From NCBI GenBank assembly GCA_038087875.1, contig CM075989.1:7256001-7320000 (forward strand): a DNA stretch of 64,000 nt, given 5' to 3'. The stretch's first letter is position 1; every line of letters starts with the position of its first letter. The translations under genes and the position numbers were made by a program. The notes under the pieces were generated by a model. The model had not been told where the DNA came from. It saw only the letters and a program-made list of their open reading frames with translations, and searched no databases. Origin of the DNA: Malacoraja senta. Taxonomy: Eukaryota. Shown piece by piece: positions 33,520 to 46,029 of this stretch.

Positions 33520-34160
33520 AGCCCCTGTCCCACTTACGTGTCCTTGGCACGCTAATTACGCGACCTCGTGGTCACGTTGAGGCGCGACGGTCCCGCACGA
33601 CGTCATTTGAAGATGGACACAAAATGCCGGAGTAACTCAGTGGGACCGGCAGCATCTTTGGAGAGAAGGATGTTTCGGGTCGAGACTCTTCTTCAGTCTG
33701 AAAGAAGGGTCTTGACCCGAAACATCATCCATTCCTTCTCTCCAGAGACGCTGCCGGTCCCGCTGAGTTACTCCGGCATTTTGTGTCCATCTTCAATTTT
33801 CTTGGCTCCGCTCTGGGAGTAGAGATGGGGGCGGATCTGGACCGCAACGGCCGTGAGCCCCAGGCCGAGCTCGGCGATCGTTTGCCTGCTTCTGTTGTTG
33901 TTGGAGGTGAGACGTTGCGTCGCGCCAGGGTCTTGGGCCTGTCCCACTTTGGCCGTCAGTTACGCGACAGGCCGGTGGCGCGTGAAGATTTAATTAGCTA
34001 CAAAATTTCGGAGCGCCGCGCGATACCGCGCTCAACTCCATACCCCTCCGCGCTTCTCAGTGGAACCGGCCCCGCGCGGCCACACGATGCTTGTGCGCCT
34101 CAACGCGGCGATGAGGTCGTGTAATTTGCGTGCCAAGGACATGTAAGTGGGACAGGGCCT
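33520..34160. mobile_element. PIF/Harbinger-type MITE containing a nested fold-back pLTR (about 33607-33795)
   Basis: Imperfect TIRs of about 66 bp starting agcccctgtcccactta / ending taagtgggacagggcct; TSD TAA (33517-33519, 34161-34163). Confidence 0.88.
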
Positions 34161-34334
34161 TAAGTTATTGTTGCCTTAATCAACTCGTACCTTGGGAGAA
34201 TCTTTGGTTGAACCAACCTAGCTTTAATTCTCAATCTATTTTTTGTGTCAGTAGAACTAGGTAAATATGTTTTAATGGAGCACAATATGATTTGGGTGTT
34301 GGGAACATGTTTCAATGGTTCTTTTATTATCAAG

Positions 34335-34700
34335 ATACAGTGATATTTATTTTGCATACAGAACAGTAAGGTTATCACCATACATAAGTACAATCCCCGA
34401 TTAAGTACCAAATGCTTGTGAACAGCCCACTGAGTCCATCTGCAAGAGTCGCCAGGTTTTGGCGCCATTTTCAAGGTCCCAGCTGCAGGTGGCCAGAAAA
34501 GCCCATGGCGTAGTCTCCATTCAGATCGCCAGTGAACCATCATCCCCCTCTCACCTGACCTTCGGCCTTCATGCCGCAGGGGGTGACTTCTGCAACCGAT
34601 CATGTATGACGCCCGGTTCATCTTCTCGACCCTCCAACGTCCTCCACCTACCAGTTCCTGGTTCCTCGGGAGCAGGAGACGAGTCTTGGGCGAGGCTCCT
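34335..34700 (-). mobile_element. GC-rich non-coding retroposon ('AAGATGGCG' family)
   Basis: gcaagagtcgccaggttttggcgccattttcaaggtcc motif, with an antisense Rex-like tail at the left end. Confidence 0.5.
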
Positions 34701-34949
34701 ACTCCAGATGGGTTCCCCGGCCAGGCCTGCTGCTTGCCGGGGTGTGTCAGCGGCCCGTGGCCCTTCGGGAGCTTCTGCCGCGCATGATCTAGTGAATGGT
34801 TTGCCAAGTGCTCCGTGCCAGAGATGTGACTGCTCCGACAACTGATTAGACATTAAGTTTGATGGGGCTTGAAGAAAATGGAGTTTTCCTCTCCCTAGGG
34901 TGTAGATAATTTTCCAAAAGGGGTGTGTTTCTGCAGTGCTCTTATTTTT

Positions 34950-35175
34950 GTGTAGGATGGAACTGCAGATGTAGGTTTAAAATGATGATAGACACAAAAT
35001 GTTGGTGTAACTCAGCGGGACAGGCAGCACCTCTGGATAGAAGGAATGGGTGATGTTTCGGGTTGAGTCCCTTCTCAAGGATGGTCTGAAGAAGGGTCAC
35101 AACCCGAAACGTCACCCATTCCTTCAGTCCAGTGATACTGCCTGTCCCGCTGAGTTACTCCAGCATTTTGTGTGC
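34950..35175. mobile_element. Fold-back PLE pLTR mini-element
   Basis: Antisense arm 34950-35075; sense arm 35084-35175. Confidence 0.85.
35077..35124 (+). ncRNA. Most complete hammerhead-ribozyme-like motif (type I, minimal)
   Basis: aaggatggt-CTGAAGA-a-gggt(caca)accc-GAAA-c-GTC-acccattcctt. Helix I can form 9 bp with two single-nucleotide bulges. Confidence 0.6.
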
Positions 35176-35994
35176 TCATTTTGTCTGGCACTTGAACCCT
35201 GATAAATAGAATACCAAAACTTGCTGTTGCTGTACATGGATTTAGTGTTGGTAGCTCAGTATTGTCTGATTTTGATGCCATGTATTTGTCTGAACTAAAT
35301 GCTGGCAGAGCTGTACTTTCCTCCGAAGATGCAAGCGTGGCCCATTGAATAGAGTGAAGGTGTCTCCAGTAGAGCTGTTTTTCACTGTGCAGTTTAAAAA
35401 AGGTGCACACATTCTTAATTCCACAGCCAGTCTGAATCAACTTGCACAATAAGTTCGGTCATTAACTGGACGTTGATGTTAGCAGGCCAAAGGTGATGAA
35501 GATGTCCTTGCCAAATCTGCTCTGATATCTCCATAGCTACCTGTTGTAAGCGTATGGGTGGCAGATTAAGCAAATAATGAAAGTTTTATTGAAGAAGAGA
35601 CAAAGTGCTGGAGTAACTCAGCGGGTCAGGCAGCATCCCAGGAGAACATGGAGAGGTGATGCTGGGAGGAGAAAGGGAAAAGGTTATGCAGTAGTTACCT
35701 AAAATTGGAGAATTCAATCTGCATAACGTTGGGTTGTCAGCTAGGCCGCTTCTGCCGCTGCTGCAGCTTAGTGTAAGTGCTGTACGTGAGCACAGGCCAC
35801 GCAATGAGCTTTCAAACGAGTTTGCCTTGATGGAGGCTAATCCTTCGTCAGAGGGTTCCATCTTTGGTGCAGAGCCTTGCGGAGTCATTGTGCAGAGAGA
35901 TAGATGTGTACCAGTCACAAAGGTAATGAACAATTCAGCACTCCATCACAGAGAGGTGACCTTGACCTTGCTGCATGTTGGGCAGCAGCTGGTG

Positions 35995-36665
35995 CAGTGG
36001 GGTGTGTGCAGGTGCTGTGGGGTGCGCGCAGGTGCTGTGGGGTGTGTCACTGCTGGTGTGTAGAATTCTGGCTGGTACTGTGAGTTCGGGTGGGGGGGGG
36101 GTTCTGTTGGTACTGTAGGATTTGGGGCATGTCTGCTGGTACTGTGGGTTGCTGGCTCGTGGTGTGTGGATGTAGAGTATCTGCTAGTGGTGTGGGTGTG
36201 TCTGCTGGTACTGTGAGTATATAAGGCGTCTGCTGGTGAGATGGCTATGTCTGCTGATATTGTGGGTGTGTAGGCTGTCCACTGATAATGTGTGGGATAT
36301 GTCTGCTGGTACTGTGGAGTGTGGGGCATGTCAACTGGTACTGTGAGGTGTGTAAAGGATGTCTGCTGGTGGTGTCAGGTGTATAGAGTGTCTGCTGGTG
36401 TGTGGCCAGCTGTGCTGGTATTGTGGGGGGTGGAGCATATCTGCTGGTATTGTGAAGTGTGGGGGTGTCTGCTGGTATTGTGGGGTGTGGGGCATGTCTG
36501 CTGGTATTGTGGGGTTTGGGCATGTCTGCTGGTATTGTGGGGTGTCTACCGGTACTGTGGGATGTGCAGTGTGTGCTGGTGGTGTGGGACATGTCTGCTG
36601 GTATTGGTGGGTGTGTGCTTCTGCTGGTATTGTGGGGGTGTCTACTGGTACCGTGTGGTGCGAGA
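35995..36665. repeat. Degenerate G/T-rich minisatellite
   Basis: About 20 imperfect units built on GTCTGCTGGTAYTGTGGG, spaced about 20-30 nt apart. Confidence 0.9.
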
Positions 36666-37326
36666 TGGTGGTGCAGCAGCGGCACATGTTTCAGTGGAAG
36701 GAGAGGGAGACGAGTTCCATCAGGCAAATCCAATAGCAACGCTGAGTACTCTGGTTACTCTCAGCATTCAGCACAGCAGCAGGATGCTGGGCTTAGCAGG
36801 TTAAAACTAATATTTGTACTTCACACAAGCCGTTGTCCGCCTTTCCATTCAAGCACCCAGATTTCTGTGGCCCTAACGACGTAGCTTTCTACTCCATTAC
36901 TCTTTTGCTTTCCTCTCGAGTATCACTGCTGCTCTCCTCATTCAAGCAACGTTGCTGTGTTTAATATCCAGCTTCACTTTTGCGGCTTCTCAGTTTCATC
37001 TATAAACTCACTTCTGTTCTAATCCTTGTGATTCTTTGCACTTTGCTCAAATGCTAGCACAATATATTTATAATACGGTGACGATCTTTGTGGTCCATAC
37101 TCCAGATGGCTAAACAAGACTTGGTATGCTCAATGTATCTTGTCAGTTTCACAAATAATTCCCAAGTCTTAGTTTGCTCTGTGTTTAGTTTGGTTTATTG
37201 TCATGTGTACCGAGGTACAGTGGAAAGCTAACCAGTCAGCAGAAAGACAATACATGATTGCAATGGAGCCATCCACAGAGTACAGATACATGATAAAGGG
37301 AATAACGTGTCTGGCATTCATAGTTA

Positions 37327-37612
37327 AGGGGCTGTCCCACTGTACGAGCTAATTCAAGAGCTCTCCCGAGTTTAAATAAAAATCAAACTCGTGGTAAGTA
37401 CGTAGCGGGTACGTCGGAGCTCGGGACGCTAACGGCAGGTACTCGGGAAACACGGTAAGCTCGTGAAGACTCGTGAAGATTTTTCAACATGTTGAAAAAT
37501 GTCCACGAGAGCCCCGAGTACCTACGAGCGGCTATTACCGTAATTCTCCGAGTTCGAATCAGGGGGAACTCGGGAGAACTCTTGAATTAGCTCATACAGT
37601 GGGACAGCCCCA
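37327..37612. mobile_element. PIF/Harbinger-type MITE
   Basis: TIRs aggggctgtcccactgtacgagctaattcaagag / ctcttgaattagctcatacagtgggacagcccca; TSD TTA (37324-37326, 37613-37615). Confidence 0.88.
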
Positions 37613-38569
37613 TTAGTTCTTCTTCACCTTCACTCCTGGAGCCCTGGATTCTAACTACTGCTCCATGACTGATTATCCAATGGTTTCTTGTGCTTTTTTG
37701 TGCCATGGAATATTATCCAGATGGAGATTAATTTGACAGTAACACATCCATTCATCTTCTGTTATTTTCTCAATCTCGGCAGCTGCTCTACTTCCCCTTG
37801 ACCCCTGCAGATGTTGATATTGGAGTTGGGTATTCTGTGTTTACATTGTGAAAATCAGTTGTCACATCATCAATCCTGGCAAAACCCCAATTTCCCGGCA
37901 TTTCCTCGTCCAACCCAGTGGCCTTGGGTTGAATTGCAGGTGCTGGTTCACAAAAAAAGAGGCAAAGTGCTGGAGTAACTTGTCGGGTCAGGCAGCAGCC
38001 AATGTTTCAATGGTATGTTATTTGTCACTTGTACTGAGGTACATTGAAATTCATGTTTGTATACAGTTCAGTACATATCACTGTACATAAGTACTTGGAT
38101 ACATCTTAGATAAGCACCTCAGATAGAGTACAAGTGCATCTCGGTACACTGAGACAGGATGCAGAGTAGCCTGTTTGGTGTCATATTCAAGTCTCAGTTG
38201 TTGTAAGTGCAGCGTGCGTTCACCCATCCATGAAGGGCCGTTGTCCAGGGCCGGCCTGGCCAAGCGTAGCCGTGGTGTTCTCCGCCGCTGTCGGCCGCGT
38301 CCGGTCCACGTTCTCGCCCTCTTGGTCCAGCTGTGCCCCAGGCTGTTCCTGGGCCTCCAGCTGCCCACTACATCGTGGAGGCAGTGAACTCTCTCGTGCG
38401 TCGGTGATGTCTCAGGTCGGGTCCCGAATCTTGGTGGCCTTAATTTCTCCCCTTTCTCACCTTGGGTTCTGTTCTGATACCTGTCTCCTACATCTGCACT
38501 CCGTATGGTCTTAGTCAGCAGTGCACCATGCAGCATCTTTTCCAGCCCCAGTCAAAGGCTTGATTCTCA

Positions 38570-39000
38570 GTTTAGTTTATTCTCATGTGTACCAAGGTAC
38601 AGTGAAAAGCTTTTGTTGTGTACTAACCAATCTGTGGAAAGACATACATGATTGCATTCGAGCCATTCACAGTGTATCGATACATGATAAGGGAATAATG
38701 TTTGGTGCAAGGTAAAGCCAGTAAAGTCCGATCAAAGATAGTTTGAGGGTCACCAATGAGGTAGATAGTAGTTCAGGACTACTCCCTAGTTGAGGTAGGA
38801 TGGTTCAGTTGCCTGATAACAGCTGGGAAGAAACTGTCCCTGAATCTGGTGGTGTAGGAAGGCACTGCAGATGCTGGTTTAAACCAAAGATAGACACAAA
38901 ATACTGGAGTAACTCAGCGGGACAGGCAGCATCTCTGGAGAGAAGGAATGGGTGACGTTTCGGGTCGAGACCTGAATCTGGTGGTGTGTGTTTTCACAAT
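38570..39000 (-). mobile_element. Rex1/Babar LINE 3' fragment with a nested pLTR insertion (38856-38970)
   Basis: Antisense of RFRDSFFPAVIRQLN plus UTR. The nested pLTR is flanked by a 17-bp TSD cctgaatctggtggtgt (38839-38855, 38971-38987). Confidence 0.85.
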
Positions 39001-39440
39001 GCAATGGTTTAGTTGTGAGGAAACGCTCGAGAGTTTCAGTGGAGTTGGCTGTGTGCTGGAGAGCTTGGATGCTGCAAGAGTTTGCCTGCAGTCAGCATGT
39101 GGTGCAGTGCAAGAGCAGAAAACCACAGGCATGTGCGCATTTCTTCCACCGTTCTCCATCTGCACTCTGCAGTCCAGCTTTCACCCCTGGTGGGGCTTTG
39201 TTGTGCTGAAGCCAATTTGCTTTTCAACTTCAGTCAAGGCTACGTTGCAGCTACTAGCTTGTATGGTGTCACTTAGAGCAGACGGGAGCTGAGTCATACT
39301 GCCGACTGTGAGTTGTCTCTTGCAAGGGCAAGGAAGCTGTTTAAATGTAGTCACTTTGCTAAGAATATATTAAAATATGAATATACGAGGAACTGCACAT
39401 GCTGGAATCTTGGGCAAACACAAGTTGTTGAAGTATCTTT

Positions 39441-39725
39441 GGGCGGCACGGTGGCACAGCAGTAGAGCTGCTACCTCACAGAGTCCCAGGTTCAAGCCTG
39501 ACCTCGAGTAATGTCCGTGTGGAGTTTGCACGTTCCCCCCCTGACTGCATGGGTTTCCTCCGGGTGCTCTGGTTTCCTCCCACATCCCAAAGACGTGCAA
39601 GTTTGTAGGTTAATTGGCCTCTGTAAGTTGCCCCTAGTGTGCAGTGGGATAACTAGTGTGAGTGGGCGATCAGTGATAGGTGTGGACTCGGTGGGTCAAA
39701 GTGCCTGTTTCCATGCTGTATTCCT
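39441..39725 (+). mobile_element. V-SINE (HE1-like) inserted in a pLTR fragment
   Basis: Head, V-domain (ggagtttgcacgttc..gggtttcctccgggtgctctggtttcctcccaca) and tail; pLTR sequence lies on both sides. Confidence 0.85.
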
Positions 39726-41292
39726 AAAAAAAACACTAGACTGGTCAGGCAGCACAGGGGGAGGGAATGGACAGGTGACATTTTGGGTCGGGACCCTTCT
39801 TCAAATTGATAACATGACATTTTTTTTTTATTGAACCATGTTATTATTTTGCAGTAAATCCCCGGTGATGTGAATTCCTTTTTGGAGGCACTGCCTGCTG
39901 TCATGTTGAATGGTTTAGCCCTCTGGATATTCACTCGATCTCTCTATTTGCGATGTGTTGCTGTGCTAAAACCAGAATGTATGTCTCTTCACTGCTGCTC
40001 CATCTCGGACCACGGCAGTCCTATGATAAAAAATACATGTCCTCCCCAGGTTCAGTGGTCAAATGGAGCTTTATTTGTCACTTGTGCATCTGCACAGTGA
40101 AACTCTTTTTTGCATATTTACACATTTCAGGCGCCGCCATTTTTTGGCACCATTTCCAAAGTCTCCTCTGTCTAGTGGAGTGGCTCCTGATCCAGGTAAA
40201 CCCCAGGCTCCATCGCCTTCGACCAGATGGTTCCGCTAACTAATGTCCCTCTCCTCGCCCGGCCATCTTGTGCCCTGGGGACGCCTCCTTGACTGACCTT
40301 GAAGGCTCTGCAGGCATTGCCCCCCAGTTCACCGTCCTACCGGCCCTTGCTCCTCTCGCCCGACGTCTCCAGCAGCTCCCTCATCGGTTCTCCGGTCTTG
40401 TGGGGACGAGCAGGGCCAGGGCTCGATGGCTTCCCTCGACAGGCTGCGGTCGGCAGAGCCTCCGGGCGAGTTCCCGGCTCCACCAGCCTTCACAGCAGGG
40501 CTTTATTCCTGAGAACAGTTCAAGATTAAAACTGTCTGCAGGTTGGAAATGCAACCGTGAGCAGAGTTTGTACAAGGCAGAAGATGCTTGCAGTTGTGCA
40601 GCAGTCAGCAAATCCACCCTGCGGTTCACCAAATACGCTCACGTGTACACACAGTATATAGGTTGTGTGTCATTAGCTGGTGAGGAATTTACTCTGCTGG
40701 TGAGTGAGATGTGCTCTGTACCTCCAGAAGTTTAGTCCTCTGGCTCCGTGTTAATAATTCAACCAGCATCCAGGCCATTCCCAAGAAGCATTGACATAAA
40801 ACCTCCATGGTTCTTATTCCTGTAGAGCCCTGGCGAGAATTTTGCTTTCTGGAAGTTTTACTACCTTGTCACCCATATGTTGCCTCAACAGAGCTGAAAT
40901 AGCCCTTGAGAGGAAGAATGAGAGGAGACTGGATAGAGTGTGATTGATTCATGGCATGTGATGCTGGAGTTTGCAAGTCCTCTCTGCTGATCTGTTGAAT
41001 TTGCCAGTTCTGTTGTGGTGTCTAAAAAATTCTGTAGCTTCTCTGATCAAAGTGCAAGAGCCACAAACAGCGTGGATGTTGGTTCGCTGGAAGGTTGACT
41101 CAATGCATTCCTCCCTGACGTCACTCATCAGCTCACACATCGTGAATGTCTTGCAGACTCTGATTCTGTCTGGTCATAGATATTATGAAAATGTCTAGAA
41201 GGAAAGGAAAAATAAATTAAAGATTTTTTGGGGGGAGGAGATTTGGTGTCTGTAATTCGCTGAGTTCCTCAACAAAACTTTATTTAAATTTC

Positions 41293-41422
41293 CTTTCTTC
41301 TCCTTTCTTCTCCCCACCCCCTATCAGTCTGAAAAAGGGTTTCGGTCCGAAACGTTACCTATTTCCTTCGCTCCATAGATGCTGCTGCACCCGCTGAGTT
41401 TCTCCAGCATTTTTGTGTACCT
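41293..41422 (+). mobile_element. Solo pLTR mini-insertion
   Basis: 14-bp TSD tttatttaaatttc (41279-41292, 41423-41436). Confidence 0.85.
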
Positions 41423-41499
41423 TTTATTTAAATTTCATTGATTCATCACCAAGACCAGTGAATCTGAAGGATGGAATATGAATGAGCTCCAAGAGCTGC

Positions 41500-41690
41500 A
41501 TCTCTCTCTCCCCTGACCCATCCATATCTTTAGTTTCCCTCTCCCCTGACTCTCAGTCTGAAGAAAGGTCTCAACCCGAAACATCACCCATTCCTTCTCT
41601 CCAGAGATGCTGCCTGCCCTGCTGGGTTACTCTGACATTTTGTGTCCATCTTCAGTGTCATTTAGCATCCGTAGTTCCTTCCTGCACACC
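41500..41690 (+). mobile_element. PLE 3' tail/pLTR
   Basis: ctcagtctgaagaaaggtctcaacccgaaacatcacccattcc...gtagttccttcctgcac. Confidence 0.8.
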
Positions 41691-42770
41691 TCTCATCCAG
41701 CAATGGCTTGCTAAAGGGCCGTTACATGATGCAGGTGGCATGCAATGATTCGATTATACTTTATTGTCACGTGTACCGAGGTACAGTGAATGCTTTCTTT
41801 TGCATACAATCCAGTAAACACGCACAACAGCCCTCACCTGGGCAGTGTAGAAGAGTCACCTTGTTTCTGGTGCTGACAAAGTTACAAAAAGTTAATCAAA
41901 CAGTTTTATCTTCTGCCCACATCGGCAAACCAGGCCTGCTGCCGCATGTGGCCACAGGCGGTCCCCCGCCAGCTTCCCCCATCGTTCTCGGTGCCTCTAC
42001 ATCTGGTCCCCCCATCATTCTCGGTCCCCCCTCGCCAGGTCCCCTCATCCTTGTCAGCGGCCCTACACCAGGCAGCTCTCTGCTACACGGGTCTCCCTCC
42101 GCTCTCGACGGTCGCGACAGAAAAGATAGTTGTGTTTAGCCAAGAGTTCATGGGTTTTGGGCAACGTTTATCCCACAGCGAGAACCACCAAAGTATAGAC
42201 AGACATTGATCTCACTGACGTACAAGCTAGATAATGAATACGTTTGTTCAAACAGAGCACACATTGGGCATTGGTAAGCAGGGTATTTTAGGGCGTAGGT
42301 GCCACTGACGTCACTGGGGATGACACTTTCTATCACAAGACTGAGAAGGAATCCATTGTGTCCATCTGCACACACAAACAGAGCCTTACTTTAATATCTC
42401 AGCAAACAAATGATATCTTTGGCAGCACAACTTGCTTTCCAGTTACATGAAACAATCTATTTAAATATTTTAACCACAATAAAAAAAACTTCAGTTGTGT
42501 TTATTTTTGGTGACGTTAGGGGATGACTTTTTAAAAAACTTGTCAGTGTTCTGCAGTCAGATATGAAGTTCAAACGCGTAATCTCTCAACAGTCTCTTGA
42601 AGGGTTATGCTGCATCTTGCGGTTTTCTGCCTGAAGAGTATGCAAGAGTCCTTCCCTCATAATCCTCCCATGATCATTGCTCGGCAGTACTTGAGACTCC
42701 TGTGGAGTTTGTATTTATTCAGATATGGCGCCAAGTGTAAGGGACTTTCTGAAAAATCTTCAATATCATG

Positions 42771-43640
42771 GGCGACACGGTGGCACAGCGGTAGAGTTGC
42801 TGTCTTACCATGCCTGATACCTGGCTTAGATTCTGACCACAGGTCCAAGATTCAAGATTCAAGAGAGTTTATTGTCATGTGTCCCAGATCGGACAATGAA
42901 ATTCTTGCTTTGCTTCAGCACAACAGAATATAGTAGGTATAAATAAATACAGAACAGAACTGATCAGTGTGACCATACACCAATGAATATATATATACAC
43001 ACATAAATAAACAGATAAAGTGCAATGGGCTATTAATGATCAGAGTTTTGTTTTAGTTGAGTTTAATAGCCTGATAGCTGTGGGGAAGCAGCTATTCCTG
43101 AACCTGGATGTTGCAGATTTCAGGCTCCTGTACCTTCTCCCTGAATGCAGCGGGGAGATGAGTGTGTGGCCAGGATGGTGTGGGTCCTTGATGATGCTGC
43201 CAGCCTTTTTGAGGCAGCGACTGCGATAGATCCCCTCGATGGAAGGGAGGTCAGAGACGATGATGGACTGGGCAGTGTTTACTACTTTTTGTAGTCTGTT
43301 CCGCTCCTGGGCGCTCAAGTTGCCGAACCAAGCCACGATGCAACCGGTCAGCATGCTCTCTACTGTGCACCTGTAGAAGTTCGAGAGAGTCCTCCTTGAC
43401 AAACCGACTCTCCGTAACCTTCTGTATGGAGTTTGCACGTTCTTCATGTGACCACCTGGGTATTCTCCGGTTTCTCCCACATTCCAAAAACGTGCGGGGT
43501 TGTAGGCTAATTGTAAATTGTCCCTAGTGTGTGTGGGAGAGAACTAGTCTACGGGTGACCATTGGGCGGCGGGAACTCGGTGGGCCAAAGGGCCTGTTTC
43601 CACGCTGTGTCTCTAAACTAGAAAACGGAACTAAACTAAA
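42771..43640 (+). mobile_element. V-SINE split by a Rex1/Babar insertion (head 42771-42843, remainder about 43421-43640)
   Basis: The SINE head stops after the B-box region and resumes at tctgtatggagtttgcacgttc. Confidence 0.8.
42847..43422 (-). mobile_element. Rex1/Babar LINE 3' fragment
   Basis: RRLRRVGLSRRTLSNFYRCTVESMLTGCIVAWFGN...LHSGRRYRSLK..RFRNSCFPTAIRLLN; ends in a (cttgaat)n tail. Confidence 0.92.
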
Positions 43641-44744
43641 TCAGCATCATAGCTTGATAACTGGAAGCACTGGGACACCATTTGGCCCCTAGTGGCCTTT
43701 AAATAAAGTCATGTTATTATATTCCCTCTGTAATTCTTTGCAGACTAACTTTAAATATCTTGTTTCCCACAGTATTTAAATATCTCTCTTTTTCTATCTT
43801 TAATATTCTATATGGTTGTGGCAGACATTCCAAATATTCATCTTCCTGGCAAAGCAGTTCCTCCTCCACTCTGACCTGAATGGTAAAAACCGTTGGCGTG
43901 AACGCACCAGCCAGGCAAAATGCCAATTGTGCATCTACCCTTCCGAGTCCTGAAGACTTTTCGATCATCTCATTCTTCCAAGCCTTCGGGGTACAGCATA
44001 GCTCTTCGTCATATAAGATATACAGCACAGGACCTGGTCCACTCATTGTCACGTATATGAGGATATAGCGCATGCTACTCATCAGCTAAAGAAACCAAAA
44101 ACAAGTAACTGACCTGAAACTTGAAACTCGCTGACAGTTATATTTTTACTAAGCTAATCATCCTGAGCTATGCCAAAACACCATCGCCCAACCCATCCAC
44201 ACCAGAAAGATTTATCAGAAATATGCCTGACCAGACTCACTTAATTGTGCCTTTGGCTTGCTTAGCCTGGTTCCATTCCAGGTCATTCTGGCATTTGCAC
44301 TGGGTGTAATGGGTAGGAGCTGATCAGCAAATAAATAATTCATACACCAAGCCCTTTCCCATGTGGTTGTTGGCAGTCCATCCAAATGACCCCTCTATTG
44401 TGCTCTTAATTATGCTGCGCCCTTCTCCCTCTTACCTACAATTGTACGATATTGAATTGCTCTCTGAAGAAAATTATTCTTTGCCGTCGCCATTGCCACC
44501 GCAGTCCTTAATGTTGGTAATCCTAAAGTTAGTTCAAATGTTTCCTTCTCGCTTGTAACCTGAACCACAACTCTCTCTTGGAACTGAGCACCACTAAGGT
44601 CGCTGAATGTGCTTTGGTTTTTGCACTCTCGTGGTCTAGTTTACTTGGAATAACTAATTTATTGTATTTTGTCATCTTGTTCTTGCATCTGAGGTGCCTC
44701 TGCAGTTCCAGAAGTAAGAATTTTATTGTTCCGGTTCATACCGT

Positions 44745-45322
44745 AATCGTAATCAATTTATTAGCCAAGTATGTTTTGCAACATACAAACATTTTATTTT
44801 GCCATACAGTCATACCAAAAAAAAGCGACAAGACACACAACTACATAAAAATGAACATAAACATCCACCACAGCAGCTCCACCACATTCCCCACTGTGAT
44901 GGAAGGCAATAAAGTCTTATCTTCTTTTCTCATTTCCTCCCGCGGTCGAGGCAGTCGAACCATCCGCAGTCAGGGCAATCGAAGCTCCCACAGCCAGCGA
45001 TCGAGGCTACTGCGACGGGGCTGCCGCGTAGGGGTGGTCGAAGCTTCTGCGTTTGGAGCTCCCGAAGTCGATCACTGGCAAAGGGACTGCGAGCTCCGCG
45101 ATGTTAGGCCGCAATGCGGACGGAGGTCCGACACGAAAAAAGTCGCATCTCCGTCAAGGAAAGAGATTTAAAAAGTTCCTTCCCCCCCCCCCCCCCCCAC
45201 CTCCCACATAATACAAAACTAAAGCTACACTAAAACATACATTTAACAACAGACTAAAAACAACAAAGAAGAAAAAGACAAGACAGACCGTTGGCAGAGG
45301 CAGCCATTGTTCGGTGCCACGG
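44745..45322 (-). mobile_element. Unclassified GC-rich non-coding retroposon, apparently full length
   Basis: Shares blocks with 10605-11280 and 4615-4802. The minus-strand end reads hairpin-ctaataaa-tt(gattac)2. Confidence 0.6.
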
Positions 45323-45429
45323 TGTATTTGACATAAATACTTTTGTCTCGATTTCTGAAGAACCAACTTGCCAAATTCCCAACAACTTTGGCATTTGGCC
45401 TCCAGTCATCCAGTGCATTGACCTCAGCT

Positions 45430-45711
45430 CAGCTGCGTTACAGCGCCAGAGACCCGGGTTCAATGCTGATTACGGGTGCAGTTTGTATGTTCGCCCCGTG
45501 ACCCGCCTGTGTTTCCCCCCGGGAGCTCCGGTTTCCTCCCACATTCCAAAGACATACAGGTTTGAAGGCTAATTGGCTTGGTAAATTTGTAAATTGTCCC
45601 TAGTGTGTAGGATAGTGTTAGTGTGCGGGGATCGCTGGTTGGCGTGGACTTGGTGGGCCGAAGGGCCTGTTTCCGTGCTGTATCTCTAAAACAGAAAAAA
45701 ACTAAACTAAA
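45430..45711 (+). mobile_element. V-SINE (HE1-like)
   Basis: gacccgggttcaat, V-domain and gggccgaagggcctgtttcc..ctaaactaaa. Confidence 0.85.
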
Positions 45712-46029
45712 ACACTTCCCCCAGTTTCCTGCCTACGCCAGTGTTTTTCCCTCGACCCAGAATCTAGGAATTAGCATTGGAGCCTGCCTTGACCCAAGGG
45801 AGAAGTTTCTCTTCTGGGAAGAAGTCTTGTGCTGACACTCGCTATGCAAACATTTCAGCTTTATTAGCTTTGTCTCTTAAATGTAAAAAAAGTAGAAGTT
45901 GGCAAACTGAATACTCCTTAAGAGAAGCAGTAAACTCAACATTCAGAAGGAGCTGAGCCAAGTACAAGATAATAAGCAGCATTTGATTTGCCAGAGTAAA
46001 ATTCCTGGAGTACTTTGGTCTTCTAAGAT

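Noticed and set aside
34160..34853. 215-aa and 128-aa ORFs
   Set aside because: They span repeat-derived GC-rich sequence and show no protein-like motifs.
35995..36665. CRISPR-like repeat/spacer appearance
   Set aside because: Units are degenerate, the intervening sequences are related to each other, there are no cas genes and the context is vertebrate.
35946..36884. Cys/Trp/Gly-rich and His/Thr/Pro-rich repetitive ORFs
   Set aside because: Translations of the minisatellite, open in several frames on both strands.
40542..40699. Possible exon bounded by ctgcag and gtgagt
   Set aside because: Poor polypyrimidine tract and no recognisable protein similarity; cannot be supported without RNA data.
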